IMG/VR virus record: IMGVR_UViG_3300025256_000001
Length of the DNA stretch: 26,544 bases
Strand: one strand, 5' to 3'
Origin: an uncultured virus (IMG/VR IMGVR_UViG_3300025256_000001)
Taxonomy: Duplodnaviria; Heunggongvirae; Uroviricota; Caudoviricetes
The notes below the pieces were generated by a model. That model worked only from the letters and a program-made list of their open reading frames with translations, had not been told where the DNA came from and ran no database searches. Positions 24,669 through 26,544 of this stretch are shown here, piece after piece; the stretch's first letter is position 1, and each line of letters starts with the position of its first letter. The position numbers and the translations under genes were made by a program.

Positions 24669-25307
24669 ATGACGCAACTCCGCACGATCAGGCTGTATGG
24701 GCAGCTTGGCGCAAAGTTCGGCCGTGTCTATCGCTTCGCGCTCGACTCCAATACGCCCGCCGAAGCAATGGCCGCGCTGCGCGCCCAGGTGCCTGGATTA
24801 ACGGCCTATCTCGCGAACGCAAAAAACCACGGCGTAACGTTCGCGGTGTTCGCCGGCAAGCGCAACCTCACCGCAGAGCAGCTTAGCGAGCCGAGCGGGA
24901 GCGATGACATTCGCATAGCGCCTGTACTGATCGGCAGCAAGAACGGCGGCATCTTTCAAACGATTCTCGGCGCTGTCTTGGTTGTCGTAGGCGCGTACTT
25001 TCACATCACGCCACTGGTCAGTGTAGGCATCTCGCTCATGGCCGGCGGCGTGGCGCAGTTGCTGTCGCCGCAGCCCAAGGGCGTGAAAGGCGGCAGCGCG
25101 ACCAACCAGCCCAGTTATGTGTTCAACGGCGCAGTGAACACCCAGGCGCAAGGCAACCCGGTTCCCTACCTATTCGGCCGAATGATCGTCGGAAGCGCGG
25201 TCGCATCGGCCGGCATTCACGCCGAAGACTACGCGCCCGCAACGCCTGGTGTCGGGCCTGGTGTTGCGAATGGCAGCACAGTCAAAAACTTCTATCAACA
25301 GGCATAA
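24669..25307 (+). CDS. Lambda gpI-like tail assembly protein
   Basis: LRTIRLYGQLGAKFGR, IRIAPVLIGSK, NTQAQGNPVPYLFG..IVGSAVASAG. Confidence 0.92.
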   Translation: MTQLRTIRLYGQLGAKFGRVYRFALDSNTPAEAMAALRAQVPGLTAYLANAKNHGVTFAVFAGKRNLTAEQLSEPSGSDDIRIAPVLIGSKNGGIFQTILGAVLVVVGAYFHITPLVSVGISLMAGGVAQLLSPQPKGVKGGSATNQPSYVFNGAVNTQAQGNPVPYLFGRMIVGSAVASAGIHAEDYAPATPGVGPGVANGSTVKNFYQQA

Positions 25308-25312
25308 GCAGC

Positions 25313-26544
25313 ATGCAGCAGGCACTGATTCAAGGCGCAAAGGGCGGCGATTCAAGTACGCGAGCGCCCGTAGAGTCGGCGGACAGTCTGCGCTCCATCG
25401 CATATTTTCGCATCCTCGACCTGATTAGCGAGGGAGAAATAGGCGGCCTGGTTAATGGTCTGCAGTCGATATACCTCGACAAAACGCCGCTCGCCAACAA
25501 TGACGGCTCACTCAATTTCAAAAACGTGCAGGTTGTCACGCGCAACGGCACGCAAGACCAGACGTACATTCCAGGCTATCCAGCGGTCGAGAACCAAACG
25601 ACAGTCAACGTCGAATTGCGGTCGGACGCGCCGTGGGTGCATTCGCTGACGAACCTGCAGCTATCCGCGGTGGGCATCATGCTGGAGGTCAACGGCCTCT
25701 CGCAGACAAATACAAGCAATGGCGATATCACCGGTTACACCATTGCGTACATCATCGAAGTTCAAACGGATGGCGGCGCGTACCAAACGGCCTACACCGG
25801 CTCGTTTACAGGAAAAACCACCACAACCTATCAGCGCTCGCATCGCATTGATTTGCCGGCCGCGCAAATTGGCTGGAATGTTCGCGTTACGCGACTTACC
25901 GCCAACGCACACAGCTCCTACATCAATGATACGACCACCGTCAGCAGTTACACGGAAATCATTGACGCAAAGCTCGCGTACCCGAACAGCGCGCTTGTGG
26001 CAATTTCTGGCGATGCGTCGCAGTTCACCAACGTCCCGGCGCGCGCGTACGACATGTGGGGCCGCATTGTCCAGGTTCCGAGCAACTACGATCCGCTCGC
26101 GCGCACGTACGCAGGGGTGTGGGACGGAACCTTCAAGCTGGCATGGACAGACAATCCGGCGTGGGCGTTCTATGACCTTGCGCTGCACCTGCGCTATGGC
26201 CTTGGCAACCTGATCACCGCAGCACAGATAAACAAGTGGTGGCTTTACAGCATTGCGCAATACTGCGATGAGATGGTCCCGGATGGGATGGGCGGGATGG
26301 AGCCACGCTTTACCTGCAACATCTTCCTGCAGACGACAGCCGACGCCTACAAGGTGCTGAGCGATATCGCCAGCGTGTTTCGCGGTATCTCGTACTGGGG
26401 CGCCGGCGCGATCAATACGTCCGCCGACATGCCACAGGACCCGGTGTACGTCTATACCGCTGCCAACGTCATCGAGGGGCTGTTTACCTATTCGGACAGC
26501 GCCCGCAAGACTCGCTACACGACTGCGCAGGTCACATGGAACGA
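25313..26544 (+). CDS. Lambda gpJ-like host-specificity / central tail fibre (truncated by the window)
   Basis: Manual translation MQQALIQGAKGGDSSTRAPVESADSLRS...DLISEGEIGG...YPNSA...WTDNPAW...EPRFTCN. Confidence 0.92.
   Translation, partial: MQQALIQGAKGGDSSTRAPVESADSLRSIAYFRILDLISEGEIGGLVNGLQSIYLDKTPLANNDGSLNFKNVQVVTRNGTQDQTYIPGYPAVENQTTVNVELRSDAPWVHSLTNLQLSAVGIMLEVNGLSQTNTSNGDITGYTIAYIIEVQTDGGAYQTAYTGSFTGKTTTTYQRSHRIDLPAAQIGWNVRVTRLTANAHSSYINDTTTVSSYTEIIDAKLAYPNSALVAISGDASQFTNVPARAYDMWGRIVQVPSNYDPLARTYAGVWDGTFKLAWTDNPAWAFYDLALHLRYGLGNLITAAQINKWWLYSIAQYCDEMVPDGMGGMEPRFTCNIFLQTTADAYKVLSDIASVFRGISYWGAGAINTSADMPQDPVYVYTAANVIEGLFTYSDSARKTRYTTAQVTWN

Larger units (their letters stand above)
1..26544 (+). 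mobile_element. Temperate lambdoid-organised siphophage or prophage (internal segment)
   Basis: Continuous order of immunity, replication, lysis, packaging, head and tail genes; no host genes or att sites in the window. Confidence 0.95.

Noticed and set aside
1..26544. Integrase/att site, reverse transcriptase/DGR, or intron/intein in terminase or capsid
   Set aside because: No such motifs seen; structural genes are uninterrupted and of ordinary length.

Overview
The whole window is a GC-rich, lambdoid-organised temperate siphophage or prophage segment, almost all on the + strand. From left to right: the N-terminus of a cI-like repressor (minus strand, cut by the window edge); an operator/PR region; cro; a cII-position HTH gene; a TraR/DksA-like C4 zinc finger; a Prim-Pol/DUF3987 primase-helicase followed by an iteron-type origin; VRR-NUC; an unrecognised gene at the Q position; a pR'/tR'-like late promoter and terminator followed by a degenerate tRNA-like RNA; a zinc-ribbon metallophosphoesterase; lysis genes (holin, SAR endolysin, Rz with embedded Rz1); terminases, portal, head, connector, and a lambda-type tail (tube, G/GT frameshift, tape measure, M, L, K, I, J truncated). 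Three antisense morons and a lipoprotein moron are inserted. The most unusual signals are: (i) + strand ORFs that bridge the two intra-operon antisense morons, with stop/start overlaps at each end (a possible ribosome relay); (ii) a duplicated late-promoter motif TTGACAACGTTyTGC, the second copy driving an apparently leaderless zinc-finger gene; (iii) C-terminal Ala-Ala on seven non-structural proteins; (iv) a TraR-like protein nested in a longer ORF; (v) a tRNA-like RNA with an 8-nt anticodon loop. All family calls come from motif recognition and gene order, not from database searches.
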